Part shown: positions 27,926-37,004 of the stretch, piece after piece
Numbering within the stretch: position 1 is the stretch's first letter
How the letters are laid out: each line of letters opens with the position of its first letter
DNA from: Gammaproteobacteria bacterium
GTDB lineage: Bacteria; Pseudomonadota; Gammaproteobacteria; Ga0077536
DNA length: 64,000 nt
Assembly (NCBI GenBank): GCA_963662545.2
Contig: CAXXLL010000003.1
Location: forward strand, 2,186,644 to 2,250,643
Reading direction: 5' to 3'
Made by a program: the position numbers and the translations under genes
The notes under the pieces: generated by a model
The model's database searches: none
What the model was told of the DNA's origin: nothing
What the model saw: only the letters and a program-made list of their open reading frames with translations

Positions 27926-29531
27926 CCTGCATATTGCATGAGTGAATAAATTTAGGCGGTTTTGTTGGCAAGTTGGCCGTTCAATCGATTGTCATCGGCG
28001 ATTGCAGGGGCTGGTCTACTCATGCCCGAGTGGCAAGGACGTTACCGCAGTAATTTTTGCTGAGAAGTCGTTTTTCAGGCAAAGGTATCCATGCGTGTTT
28101 TCAACACGCGAATGCTTTAATCGTTTCGGGTTTATCCGGGTGCGAGTCGATTCGCGGCCAGGAAGTAGAGTTCCTTGTAAGGACAACCGCTGGCCAAAAG
28201 GAAACGGATACGGCGCGTATTTTTCAGGATCACGGCACCGATCCTGAACAGCTTTAAACGGATGGTACCGACATAAGCGTTGGCCAGCTCGGTACCTTTC
28301 AATGCGATCCGCCGGATCGCCTCGATCAGGGTGTAGGCCAGCGAGGCGAGTAACAATCGGAACTGATTCGGCCACCAGTGTTGACAGGAGGTGCGATCGC
28401 CGAACATATCCAGTTGGTTTTCCTTGATGCGGTTTTCCATGTCACCGCGGGCACAGTAAAGCTTGTCGTACAGCTGCTTGGCATCGCCTTCAAGGTTGGT
28501 CACCACATAACGCGGATTGACACCGTGCTGCGAGTGCTCGATCTTGGCGATCACGCGACGCGCACCATCCCAGCTGCGGGCAGCGTATTGGAAATCGGTG
28601 AACCAGCGCACTTTATGTCCGGTGGCGGCAAAGCACGCCGCGGCCTCATCCTGCAAGGATGCCGTGAGCCGGTTCAAGCACTTATTCTTGGCCAGTCCGA
28701 TGATGTAGCCGACCTCGTGATGATCACACCAGCGCAGCATCTTCCAGCGGCAAAAGCCACCGTCACCGCGGAAGATGATCCGCACCTTTGGCCACACTTG
28801 CCGCAGTCTTTTGACCAACAACGACAAAATCGCCCAGCTGTGTTTGGCACCATCGATGTTGCTCGGACGAAGATAGCTCACCAGCAACTGATGACCGCAG
28901 AATACATACAGTGGCAGAAAACAGTAGTGCCGGTAATAGCCGTGAAAGAAGCGACCGTCCTGTTCACCGTGTACCGGGTCATCGGTCGCATCGAAGTCCA
29001 GTATCAACTTTTTCGGTGCACGCTTGAACGAGGCGATGAACTGATCGAGCAGCACTTCGTGCAACCGCCAGGCAGTCTCCCGATCAGCCCGGTTCTCAAA
29101 ACGGCATAAGGTCGATGCACTGGCCAACCATTGATCACGTTCCACTGCTGTCTGCAGTGCCACGTCTTGACGCAATCCGTCATGGTCGTTCAGGTCTTCA
29201 TAGCCCAGCGCAATCGCATACAGGCGTTGCCGAACCAGACCCGGCACATCATGATCGCAACTCGCCTGACGGCGGGGATCCGACAGCGCCCGCGCAATCG
29301 AATCACTCAAACCCGTTAACCGATCTGCCTGCCGCAATAGCAACACGCCACCATCGGAAGTGATGTCGCCACCGTCGAATCTGGCTTCGACAATGCGGCG
29401 ATTAACACGTGGAAATTCGAACGATCTCTGGTAACATTTCGTCACGGCGGTCCCTTCCTTTATTCGTTGTTAGCACTTTGAATTATATAGGAAACTACAG
29501 GACCGCCGTTTCTATTGGTGCAATTTGCAGG
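27926..29531 (-). mobile_element. IS1380-family insertion sequence
   Basis: Terminal IRs are CCTGCATATTGCA (27926) and the reverse complement of CCTGCAAATTGCA (ending 29531). CTAG lies on both flanks (4-bp duplication or part of the IR). It carries a single 437-aa transposase. Confidence 0.8.
28132..29445 (-). CDS. IS1380-family DDE transposase
   Basis: 437 aa. DITSDGGVLLLRQADR, LILDFDATDDPVHGEQ, FHGYYRHYCFLPLY and YCARGDMENRIKE are hallmark IS1380 motifs. Confidence 0.9.
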   Translation of the reverse strand: MTKCYQRSFEFPRVNRRIVEARFDGGDITSDGGVLLLRQADRLTGLSDSIARALSDPRRQASCDHDVPGLVRQRLYAIALGYEDLNDHDGLRQDVALQTAVERDQWLASASTLCRFENRADRETAWRLHEVLLDQFIASFKRAPKKLILDFDATDDPVHGEQDGRFFHGYYRHYCFLPLYVFCGHQLLVSYLRPSNIDGAKHSWAILSLLVKRLRQVWPKVRIIFRGDGGFCRWKMLRWCDHHEVGYIIGLAKNKCLNRLTASLQDEAAACFAATGHKVRWFTDFQYAARSWDGARRVIAKIEHSQHGVNPRYVVTNLEGDAKQLYDKLYCARGDMENRIKENQLDMFGDRTSCQHWWPNQFRLLLASLAYTLIEAIRRIALKGTELANAYVGTIRLKLFRIGAVILKNTRRIRFLLASGCPYKELYFLAANRLAPG

Positions 29532-29855
29532 CTAGCCGGAGGGGAACTGCCTGATGCCTTCCCAACCCTGCGCCGGCTCCTGGAGGCGCGCATGGGCAAG
29601 GCCGGCAAGCGGGAATACGTCCAGGTCCTTCGGCTTCTGGAGACCTTCGATCGCGAGGTGCTTCACGGCGCGGTGAAGGACGCCCTGCGTCTGGGCGCGA
29701 TCGGCTACGACGCCGTCAAACACCTTGTGCTGTGCCGTATCGAGCGACGCCCGCCCAAACTCGACCTGGATATCTATCCCTACCTGCCTCGGGCCAACGT
29801 GGCGACCACGGCCGCCGCCAGTTATATGAGCTTGTTGGGTGGAGGCGCGTCATGA
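29532..29855 (+). pseudogene. istA: istA 3' fragment
   Basis: Encodes only the last about 107 residues (ELPDAFPTLRRLLEARMGKAGKREY...). Confidence 0.85.
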
Positions 29856-30622
29856 CCGATACGCCGCAAGTGTTGCTGGCCCATCACCTCAAGACCCTGA
29901 AACTGCCGACGTTCCTGCGCGAATACGACAAGCTGGCCCGCCAATGCGCCACCGAGGGCGCCGACCCTGTGCGGTATCTTGTCCGTCTGACCGGGTTGGA
30001 ACTGATCGACCGTGAGCGCCGCATGGTCGAGCGGCGGAGCAGACAGGCCAGGTTCCCCGCCGTCAAAAGCCTCGACAGCTTCGACTTCAAGGCCATCGCC
30101 TCGCTCAACAAGATGCTGGTTCTGGAGTTGGCGCGATGCGAATACGTAGAGCGTCGTGAGAATATCATCGCGCTCGGCAACAGCGGAACCGGCAAGACCC
30201 ATATCGCCCTCGGTCTCGGTCTGGCGGCCTGCCAAAAGGGGCTCTCCGTCGGCTTCATCACGGCCGCCGCCCTGGTTCATGAACTGATGGAGGCCAGGGA
30301 TGAAAAACGCCTGTTGCGCCTGCAGAAGCAACTGGCAAAGTATCACCTTCTGATCATCGACGAACTCGGCTTCGTGCCGCTCTCGAAGACCGGCGCCGAG
30401 CTGCTGTTCGAAGTCTTCAGCCAGCGCTACGAGCGGGGCTCGATCATGGTGACCTCCAACTTGCCGTTCGATGAGTGGACGGAGATATTCGGCTCGGAAC
30501 GTCTGACCGGGGCTTTGCTGGACCGCCTGACCCACCCTGTCCATATCCTGGAAATGAACGGCGAGAGCTATCGTCTCAACCAAAGCCAAAAACGGCGGAA
30601 ATCCCCAAATACGCCTGCTTGA
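29852..30622 (+). CDS. istB: IS21 helper ATPase IstB (second copy, intact ORF)
   Basis: Differs from 13212-13982 at two residues I can see (RLTGLEL, HILEMNG). Confidence 0.85.
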   Translation: MTDTPQVLLAHHLKTLKLPTFLREYDKLARQCATEGADPVRYLVRLTGLELIDRERRMVERRSRQARFPAVKSLDSFDFKAIASLNKMLVLELARCEYVERRENIIALGNSGTGKTHIALGLGLAACQKGLSVGFITAAALVHELMEARDEKRLLRLQKQLAKYHLLIIDELGFVPLSKTGAELLFEVFSQRYERGSIMVTSNLPFDEWTEIFGSERLTGALLDRLTHPVHILEMNGESYRLNQSQKRRKSPNTPA

Positions 30623-30714
30623 CCACCGAACTCAAGGTTGACCCGGTGGGTCCACAGGAACAGAAGTGGACCCCGGATCTTGGACACTGTCTTAAGTGAA
30701 ATCTCCACTGGGTC

Positions 30715-31554
30715 TTAGGCCGCTTGGGCGACCTCATCGAAGTACACCGCATCCGGGGTGCGTCGGTCCAGCGCCGTGTGGCGGCGCCGAGCATTGTAGA
30801 AATCGAAATAGCGGGTGAGGCCGACACGCAGCGCGGCCGGCGTGTCATAGGCTCGCAGGTAGATATCCTCGTACTTCACGCTGCGCCACAGTCGCTCGAC
30901 GAAAACGTTGTCGAGCCAGCGCCCCTTGCCATCCATGCTGATCGCCACGCCGTGTGTCTTGAGCACATCGGTGAACGCCTCGGAGGTGAATTGCGCGCCC
31001 TGGTCGGTGTTGAAGATCTCCGGCGCCCCGTACCGAGCCAACGCCTCCTCAAGTGCCTCGACACAGAACGCACTGTCCAACGTGTTCGATACCCGCCACG
31101 AGAGCACCCGCCGCGAGTACCAATCCATCACCGCGACCAGATACATGAACCCCCGGGCCATCGGGATATAGCAGATGTCCGTTGCCCAGACCTGGTTCGC
31201 CCGCGCGACCGAAATGTCCCTGAGCAAGTACGGGTAGACCTTATGGCCACGACCCGCCACGCTTGTGCGAGGCTTCGGATAGAGCGCCGCCAGCCCCATC
31301 TGGCGCATCAGTCGCTGCACCCGCTTGCGATTGACCCAATGCCCGCGGGTCTCCAGTTCGTCGCGCATCCGACGACTGCCGTAGAACGGGCGTTCGAGAT
31401 GAATCTCGTCGATCAGACGCATCAGCGCCAAGTCTGCCTCCGACACTGGGCTCGGGCGGTAGTACGCCGTCGAGCGCGCGACCTCGAGCAGCTCACAGCG
31501 CCGGGTGACCGGCAACGAATGTTCGCGCTGGACCATCTGTCTGCGCTCGCTCAT
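30715..31554 (-). CDS. IS3-family transposase OrfB (rve)
   Basis: NQVWATDICYIPMARGFMYLVAVMDWYSRRVLSW, FNTDQGAQFTS and NVFVERLWRSVKYE. The ATG overlaps the orfA stop (ATGA). Confidence 0.88.
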   Translation of the reverse strand: MSERRQMVQREHSLPVTRRCELLEVARSTAYYRPSPVSEADLALMRLIDEIHLERPFYGSRRMRDELETRGHWVNRKRVQRLMRQMGLAALYPKPRTSVAGRGHKVYPYLLRDISVARANQVWATDICYIPMARGFMYLVAVMDWYSRRVLSWRVSNTLDSAFCVEALEEALARYGAPEIFNTDQGAQFTSEAFTDVLKTHGVAISMDGKGRWLDNVFVERLWRSVKYEDIYLRAYDTPAALRVGLTRYFDFYNARRRHTALDRRTPDAVYFDEVAQAA

Positions 31555-31844
31555 CGGTCGCGACCGAGCGCTTTGGATAAAAAATCCTTCTCCATTGTCA
31601 GTTGACCGATTTTGGCGTGGAGCTTCTCGGTCTCGCGTTCACCGTTCTCGCCTCCGTCCTTAGCGCCATTGCCAAAAAACTCCTCCGCTTGCGACAACAG
31701 CTTCTTCTTCCAGTCCTGGATTTGATTGGGGTGAATATCAAACTGCTCAGCGAGTTCAACCATCGTGCGGTCCTCTCGAACCGCCGCCACAGCCACTTTC
31801 GCCTTGAAGCTTGCCGAATGATTGCGTCGTTTCCTCTTTGTCAT
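31551..31844 (-). CDS. IS3-family transposase OrfA
   Basis: MTKRKRRNHSASFKAKVAVAAVREDRTMVELAEQFDIHPNQIQDWKKKLL. A TTTTTTA run near the 3' end could be a frameshift site. Confidence 0.85.
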   Translation of the reverse strand: MTKRKRRNHSASFKAKVAVAAVREDRTMVELAEQFDIHPNQIQDWKKKLLSQAEEFFGNGAKDGGENGERETEKLHAKIGQLTMEKDFLSKALGRDR

Positions 31845-32129
31845 CTTCTGCTCCTTCTCCGCCGAGTACTTTAATACAGAAGATTTCACTTAGCTCCGCC
31901 GTTCAGCTGTCCAATCGATGGGGTCCACCGCTGTAAACTGTCAATTGACGTTGCGGAGTAACAGCCATGACGAGAAAACAGCTCAATGGGAGCACGGATC
32001 TGCTCGCCAAGGCGATGCGGAAAGTAGAGTTATAACGGAATCTGGTGTTTGAGATAGTTGAAGAAAGGCGGCGTATCTGGTTGAAATGTTGTTACCAAGC
32101 AGCAAGCCAACCAAAGAGGATACGCCACC

Positions 32130-33377
32130 ATGAGAGAGAGTAACGTTGTTGAAATATCAGGTCGAGGAGGAATTTCAGATCCGTTGACGGAGGTTTTGAG
32201 AAACGGTGCACGGGCGCTGATTGAGCGAGCAGTTGAACGCGAGCTGGCAGAGTATTTGGCGCAGTATTCAAGCCATCGCACGGCGGACGACAAAGCGGGT
32301 GTCGTTCGGAACGGCTATTTGCCGGAGCGACAGTTGCAGACGGGCTTGGGGACGGTCACGGTCAGGATACCGAAGGTTCGTTCGAAGCTCGGCGAGCCGG
32401 TGACCTTCCGTTCAGCGCTGGTGCCGCCGTATGTGCGCAAGACAAGAACCCTGGAGGCGGCCGTGCCGTGGCTGTATTTGAAGGGCGTTTCCAGTGGCGA
32501 AATGGGCGCTGCGCTGGAAGTTTTGTTGGGGCCGCAGGCGAAGGGCCTGTCGGCGAGCACCGTGTCGCGCTTGAAGCAGGTGTGGGCGCAAGAATACCGC
32601 GACTGGTGCGAGGGGCGATTGGACCAGGACCGCTGGGTGTAGGTGTGGGCGGACGGTGTCTACAGTGGCCTGCGGGCGGAGCACACGAAGCTGTGTGCGT
32701 TGGTGGTGATCGGCGTCAATGAGCGAGGTGAGAAGCGTTTTTTGGCGATGGAGGATGGTGTGCGGGAGTCCACGCAGAGCTGGCGCGAGGTGTTGCTGAA
32801 ATTGAAGTCACGCGGGATGAATATTCCCAAGCTGGCGATCGGGGACGGTGCCATGGGCTTCCGGGCCGCACTGGAGGAAGTCTACGGTGAGACCCGCCAG
32901 CAACGCTGCTGGATGCACAAGACGATGAACGTGCTGAACTGCCTGCCGAAGTCGGCACAGGCCAAAGCCAGGCAAGCCCTGCACGCGATCTGGCAGGCCG
33001 CGACAAAGGCCGACGCCGAGAAGGCGTTCGAGCTGTTCCTCAAGACCTATGAACCGAAGTATCCCAGGGCGACCCTGTGCCTACAGAAAGACCGTGAGGA
33101 GTTGCTGGTGTTCTATGATTTTCCGGCACCACATTGGCAAAGCATTCGCACGAGCAATCCGATTGAATCCACCTTCGCTACGATCCGGCACCGGACCCGG
33201 CGCTCCAAGGGCTGTCTCTCTCGGGACGGCATGCTCCATATGATGTTCAAGCTGGGGCGGTGTGCGCAGAAGAATTGGCGACGCCTACGTGGATTCGACT
33301 ATCTGGCCAAGGTGATTACTGGAGTTAAATTTGAAGATGGTATCGAGGTGACAAGGGTCAATCAGGTCGCCGCTTGA
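32130..33377 (+). pseudogene. IS256-family (mutator-type) transposase with in-frame TAG at 32640-32642
   Basis: ORFs 32130-32642 and 32643-33377 share one frame. The junction reads DQDRWV-TAG-VWADGVY, where the family has Tyr (YVWADG). IS ends could not be defined (about 31940 to 33420). Confidence 0.8.
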
Positions 33378-33518
33378 TTCAACCGCCTGAACACCACTTT
33401 TGACAATAACTCCGGAAAGTATTTGAAGAGTGCCTGGAATCTACTCATGGGGCGGTAAAAGAAGACCTCGGCAAGATGGAAGGCCGTTTGACCGAGCGCA
33501 TAGATGACGTAAATGATC

Positions 33519-33562
33519 GGTGTTTATATACTTGACGACACGCCGTCAAGTATATAAACACC
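33519..33562. repeat. Perfect 19-bp inverted repeat (AT-rich hairpin)
   Basis: GGTGTTTATATACTTGACG acacgc CGTCAAGTATATAAACACC. Confidence 0.9.
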
Positions 33563-33852
33563 AAAGTATTGAAAGCCGGCGTCGGATTTCAATCGCAGGC
33601 CGAACGCCGGTCTCGATCGACGCGCGCCCTCGCCCATGTCCTGGGCGCTCAAACCATGGCTGAGCCGGGTTCCAGATGCGCGATAATTCACTTTATCGCG
33701 CGTCAGCCCCGGTCGCCGCATGGGACCCGCAGCAATCGAGGACCGGGGGGGGCTCCTTTTTGCCTCGCCGCTCGATTCGAAGTACCTATGGGTCCATCCG
33801 TCCCACGGGAGCCCTCGCGCGTAAGGCCGAAATCGGTCAAACATTGACCGGT

Positions 33853-34260
33853 CTGGCACAGAAATATCATGTTGCTGTGCCGGCAGTGTGCCGGCAGGGG
33901 GCCATGAAATCATGGGGTTACGGAGGGGCTGTGCCGGAGTGTGCCGGCAGTGTGCCGGGTTTTGGGGGGCTATTATTATTATTATTCAATAAGATAGGTA
34001 GGTAGTAGGTTGACGTTACCCCGTTTCCCCCCGGAAATGCCCCCCGACGTGTGTGCGCACGCCTCGCGCTTACGCACACGCGCGCACCCGACCCACCTAT
34101 TTTGCGGCGGATCTGTGTCATTTGCCGCTTTTCCGTTACGGTTCAATGAGTTATCTGGCACAAGCCCGGCACAGCGTTGTGCCGGGAACCTGAATCTCCC
34201 GAAGATTCAGAGGTCTAACATACCCTCTCCAGCACATGGTAATTTGAGTTTGTGCCGGCG
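33853..34260. repeat. Iteron-like array of TGTGCCGG motifs with an AT-rich tract
   Basis: Tandem 11-mers TGTGCCGGCAG at 33876 and 33887. CTGTGCCGGAG / TGTGCCGGCAG / TGTGCCGGGT at 33929-33960. Inverted copies at 33853 and 34155. Palindrome CCCGGCACAGCGTTGTGCCGGG at 34165-34186, and one more copy at 34251. (TAT)n/TAGG-rich tract at 33971-34010. Confidence 0.8.
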
Positions 34261-35134
34261 CTGGGTAGTGTCTCAGTCAGACGTTTTCCAATGACAAAAA
34301 ATGACCCGACCGAGGTCTATAACATGCTCGACGACCTCGGTTTGCTGGAGGGCATTGGCCGGGAGCTGGACAACATCACGAAGATTATCTGGCGCTGCCT
34401 CAGAAACTATCGCGACAAAGCGCTAATTTCATACTGAGACACTGCCACATATTCGCATGCGTTTAAGGTCACCGAATACCCATGGAACAATCCGCCCGTC
34501 AATACAATGTTGTAATTCCCGTGCGCTAACCAGTCGAGGCTGGTGAGTACGGAAACGCCAGGGTGTCAAAACCTCAGCGCCTCGCGCGTAGGCCCCAACA
34601 AGTGAGACAACGAGACCCATAGGTACTTAAGCCAAACGCCGACGTGGTTGGACGACCCCCCCTGGTGCTTCAAGCCAAAGGGTCCCATCTGCGACTCTTT
34701 CCACATGCGCGATAAACTCAATTTTCGCGCATCGGGACCCTGATTAAGCTAGGAGTGGTCGACGAAAATTTGCTGCCGCACGCCATCGTGGCCGCTTGCC
34801 CGGAGACACGTTTCGTTGCGTCCGGCGGCATTCGAGATCTTATAGCTCCGGCTAAGACATGTCCCGACCGTAGCTGAAAAGGCCCGGTTTCCGCATCGGT
34901 AATTAACCTGGAGCCCTTCTAAGGGATCACGCCACTCGCGCTCGAGTTTCATCCAGCTGTCGGTTTGCCTTTTACAAGCACCTTGGGCATACGACCTGCT
35001 TACGCCAGAGCAACCCTTTGCTCGCACAACTCAAGTCAGTAAGTTCTTCTGATCTTTGGCATCGTGGACGCCTCTCATCGTCAAGGTTTAGATGCCCACG
35101 ACAGCGAGTCAAGACCGCATGGCATTCTCTTTAG

Positions 35135-35172
35135 ACATTCACAATGGTGACATTCACAATGATTGTGAATGT
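35135..35172. promoter_or_regulatory. Operator-like repeats: two direct ACATTCACAATG copies, the second forming a 10-1-10 palindrome
   Basis: ACATTCACAATG at 35135 and 35150. CATTCACAAT G ATTGTGAATG at 35151-35171. It lies about 140 bp upstream of the 35313 ATG. Confidence 0.55.
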
Positions 35173-35312
35173 ACAGTAAGGTATTAAAACGTCCCGTATC
35201 ACCCACGACTGACTTGAATTGAACAGCGAAGTTGAGCACGTCGTGGAATAGCTGGTGCGCAGATCCAGGGTAGCCGAAACCATGCTCCGTGCCGACCAAA
35301 TTGGAGACAGCC

Positions 35313-36434
35313 ATGACCGAATACGTTCCTCTTCCGCCTGGACCTGACAACCAATACATACCCTCTCCCAAAGCGATGAGGCTATTGGATAAACGCCTCA
35401 AGGCATCACCCGAGGAATTCGCTATGTGGGCATATCGGGGACCGGAAGATAGCGGTCTTCGTGTATACACCAATGCCAATGAGCTCGATCCGCCGCCCGA
35501 GGTTCGTTTTGATCCGTCCTTGGGAGGGGACCCCGATTACCTGTCACCCTTGATGGCGTGTTGGTTTCGGGAACAGGACATCCTGAATTTCATTCCGGAC
35601 GAGCGGTACATGACCGGCGCAGCACTCATTGAGCGCTGGAGCGGGCATTCAGACATCCAACCCGAGGCGTTCATACTTGCCAAAATTGAGGAGGACCGCC
35701 TTCTAGACATGCACCTGGTTTGGGGCCTGACGCAAGGAAGTATGTCCGGCGACGAGTGGTATCCGCCGATGTCGGACGGCTTATTTGAGCTGTCTAAAAT
35801 CGAAGCCATCGAAAAGGAGGATCTCGACTTCACAGAGAGCGACACATCAGAAACGACTGTAGACGACCAAACGGGGAGTGATCTCGCTCCGGACGCAAAC
35901 CTGCGAGAAACAACTGATCCTTGCGCCGTATTCCGCGAGATGGAGCATCTTGCGGCCGACGAGGTCACCATCGCATTTGTCGGCGATCGAAATGAGGACG
36001 GGCTGGGGGCAAATAACATGCTCGAGATTTCTGCGCGCGATACCAGAAAGCGCGTTCCTCTCGCGACTCTTGAACTCATCGATAAACGAAGGGGTACGTT
36101 GAATCGCCAAGGCGGCATCCTTTTGGGCTTCGCGCAAAATCGCATGGCGCCTCGAAACAACAAGAATTCGAAAACGGTGTCCCGGTTGCGTTCGTCACTA
36201 CGCCGTTGCCTGGGCCTGCATGGAGATCCGTTTGAGGACTGCAAGCTCGGAGGCGGTTGGCAGCCTAGGTTCCGGATCGTTGACAAGCGAGGCGCAGCGG
36301 ACGACCGCGCCGGGAGAGAGGCTGAAAAGCGCACGGAATCGTTTGAGCAAGCCGGTGAACGCGGCGGCCACTTCTCAGACGCTGACGAGGCAATGGGGTC
36401 TTCCGACCATGAGGACGACGACGCTGACGCGTGA
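35313..36434 (+). CDS. Hypothetical protein, no recognisable domain; acidic linker and acidic C-terminal tail
   Basis: Long ORF with RBS ggag 7 nt before the ATG at 35313. No motif I can assign. The basic segment KRRGTLNRQGGILLGFAQNR...RLRSSLRR is flanked by D/E-rich runs. Confidence 0.6.
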   Translation: MTEYVPLPPGPDNQYIPSPKAMRLLDKRLKASPEEFAMWAYRGPEDSGLRVYTNANELDPPPEVRFDPSLGGDPDYLSPLMACWFREQDILNFIPDERYMTGAALIERWSGHSDIQPEAFILAKIEEDRLLDMHLVWGLTQGSMSGDEWYPPMSDGLFELSKIEAIEKEDLDFTESDTSETTVDDQTGSDLAPDANLRETTDPCAVFREMEHLAADEVTIAFVGDRNEDGLGANNMLEISARDTRKRVPLATLELIDKRRGTLNRQGGILLGFAQNRMAPRNNKNSKTVSRLRSSLRRCLGLHGDPFEDCKLGGGWQPRFRIVDKRGAADDRAGREAEKRTESFEQAGERGGHFSDADEAMGSSDHEDDDADA

Positions 36435-36470
36435 CTGCGTGAAAATGATCCAGGAGCTGCCGGCAGTACG

Positions 36471-36588
36471 TGACAAGTCATCGTGACAACATGACAAGTC
36501 AGCGAGTTGTCATGACAAATGCAATCGCCCTAATCTCCCTTAGTTCTCTATTTTTCATACACTTACGTGGGGTCGTGTGACATGTCAC
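36471..36588. promoter_or_regulatory. Cluster of TGACA(A) half-sites and palindromes upstream of alpA
   Basis: TGACAA at 36471, 36484, 36492 and 36513. Palindrome TTGTCATGACAA at 36507-36518. Palindrome GTGACATGTCAC at 36577-36588. Confidence 0.55.
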
Positions 36589-36636
36589 GTGTACTGGTAT
36601 GCAGCATGGTGCTGTGCGATGCCAGGAGGTTTGCGC

Positions 36637-36879
36637 ATGACCTACACGATTCTTCGATTGCCGGAAGTACTGAAACGACGCGGTAGATCGAGAAGTGCGC
36701 ACTACATGGATGTGGGCGCGCGCTTGTTTACGAAGCCGGTAGCGATCGGTGCCCGTGCGGTTGGCTGGCCCGAACACGAAGTCGATACGCTCAATGCGGC
36801 TCGTATCGCCGGGAAATCAGACGATGAGATCCGAGCCCTCGTCGCAGAGTTGGAGACTGCCCGCGGAGTGGCGGCGTAA
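36637..36879 (+). CDS. alpA: AlpA-family phage/island DNA-binding regulator (excisionase-like)
   Basis: MTYTILRLPEVLKRRGRSRSAHYMDVGARLFTKPVAIGARAVGWPEHEVDTL. RBS aggagg is at 36624. Confidence 0.85.
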   Translation: MTYTILRLPEVLKRRGRSRSAHYMDVGARLFTKPVAIGARAVGWPEHEVDTLNAARIAGKSDDEIRALVAELETARGVAA

Positions 36880-37004
36880 GGGCAGACGGGTCAAGCCGAG
36901 CGGTACGAGAAATTAATGTCGGCGGGGTTCCAAACGGCAGTAACACCTACCTACGCGCCAGCTGGGGAAATGGTCGCCCGCGAGGCTGACGGGAACGCTG
37001 CCCG

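Larger units (their letters stand above)
29532..30660 (+). mobile_element. IS21 type 2, 5'-truncated second copy (3' 1.1 kb only), right end cut by IS3
   Basis: Collinear with 12893-14021 of the full copy. I count only about six substitutions by eye. It starts at the IS1380 junction and diverges after ggtccacaggaac. Confidence 0.85.
30661..31934 (-). mobile_element. IS3-family (IS3-group-like) insertion sequence; boundaries approximate
   Basis: Both ends carry GTGGACCCC...TTGGACA...CTAAGTGAAATCT (30665-30705, and the reverse complement at 31885-31930). It is inserted in the right end of the truncated IS21. Confidence 0.7.

Noticed and set aside
27921-29535. CTAG on both sides of IS1380 taken as proof that its left flank continues the istA sequence.
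   Set aside because: The sequence left of 27921 belongs to the IS91 remnant and does not match istA upstream of the breakpoint. CTAG may simply be part of the IR or a preferred target.
1844-32642. The recurrent in-frame TAG codons might mean genetic-code reassignment (for example pyrrolysine) in this organism.
   Set aside because: TAG is used as the ordinary stop of intact housekeeping genes in the same window (lpdA at 52394-52396, phaR at 54239-54241). The replaced residues differ (Gln in one case, Tyr in two). Kept only as a low-priority suppression check.
33524-35080. Search for the missing island integrase in ORFs 33524-33913, 33569-33847, 34429-34620 and 34749-35027.
   Set aside because: No R..H..R..Y recombinase motifs or serine-recombinase motifs appear in any frame. 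The translations are low-complexity and the first two overlap the non-coding iteron region. ORF 34749-35027 could be a real small gene, but nothing supports it.
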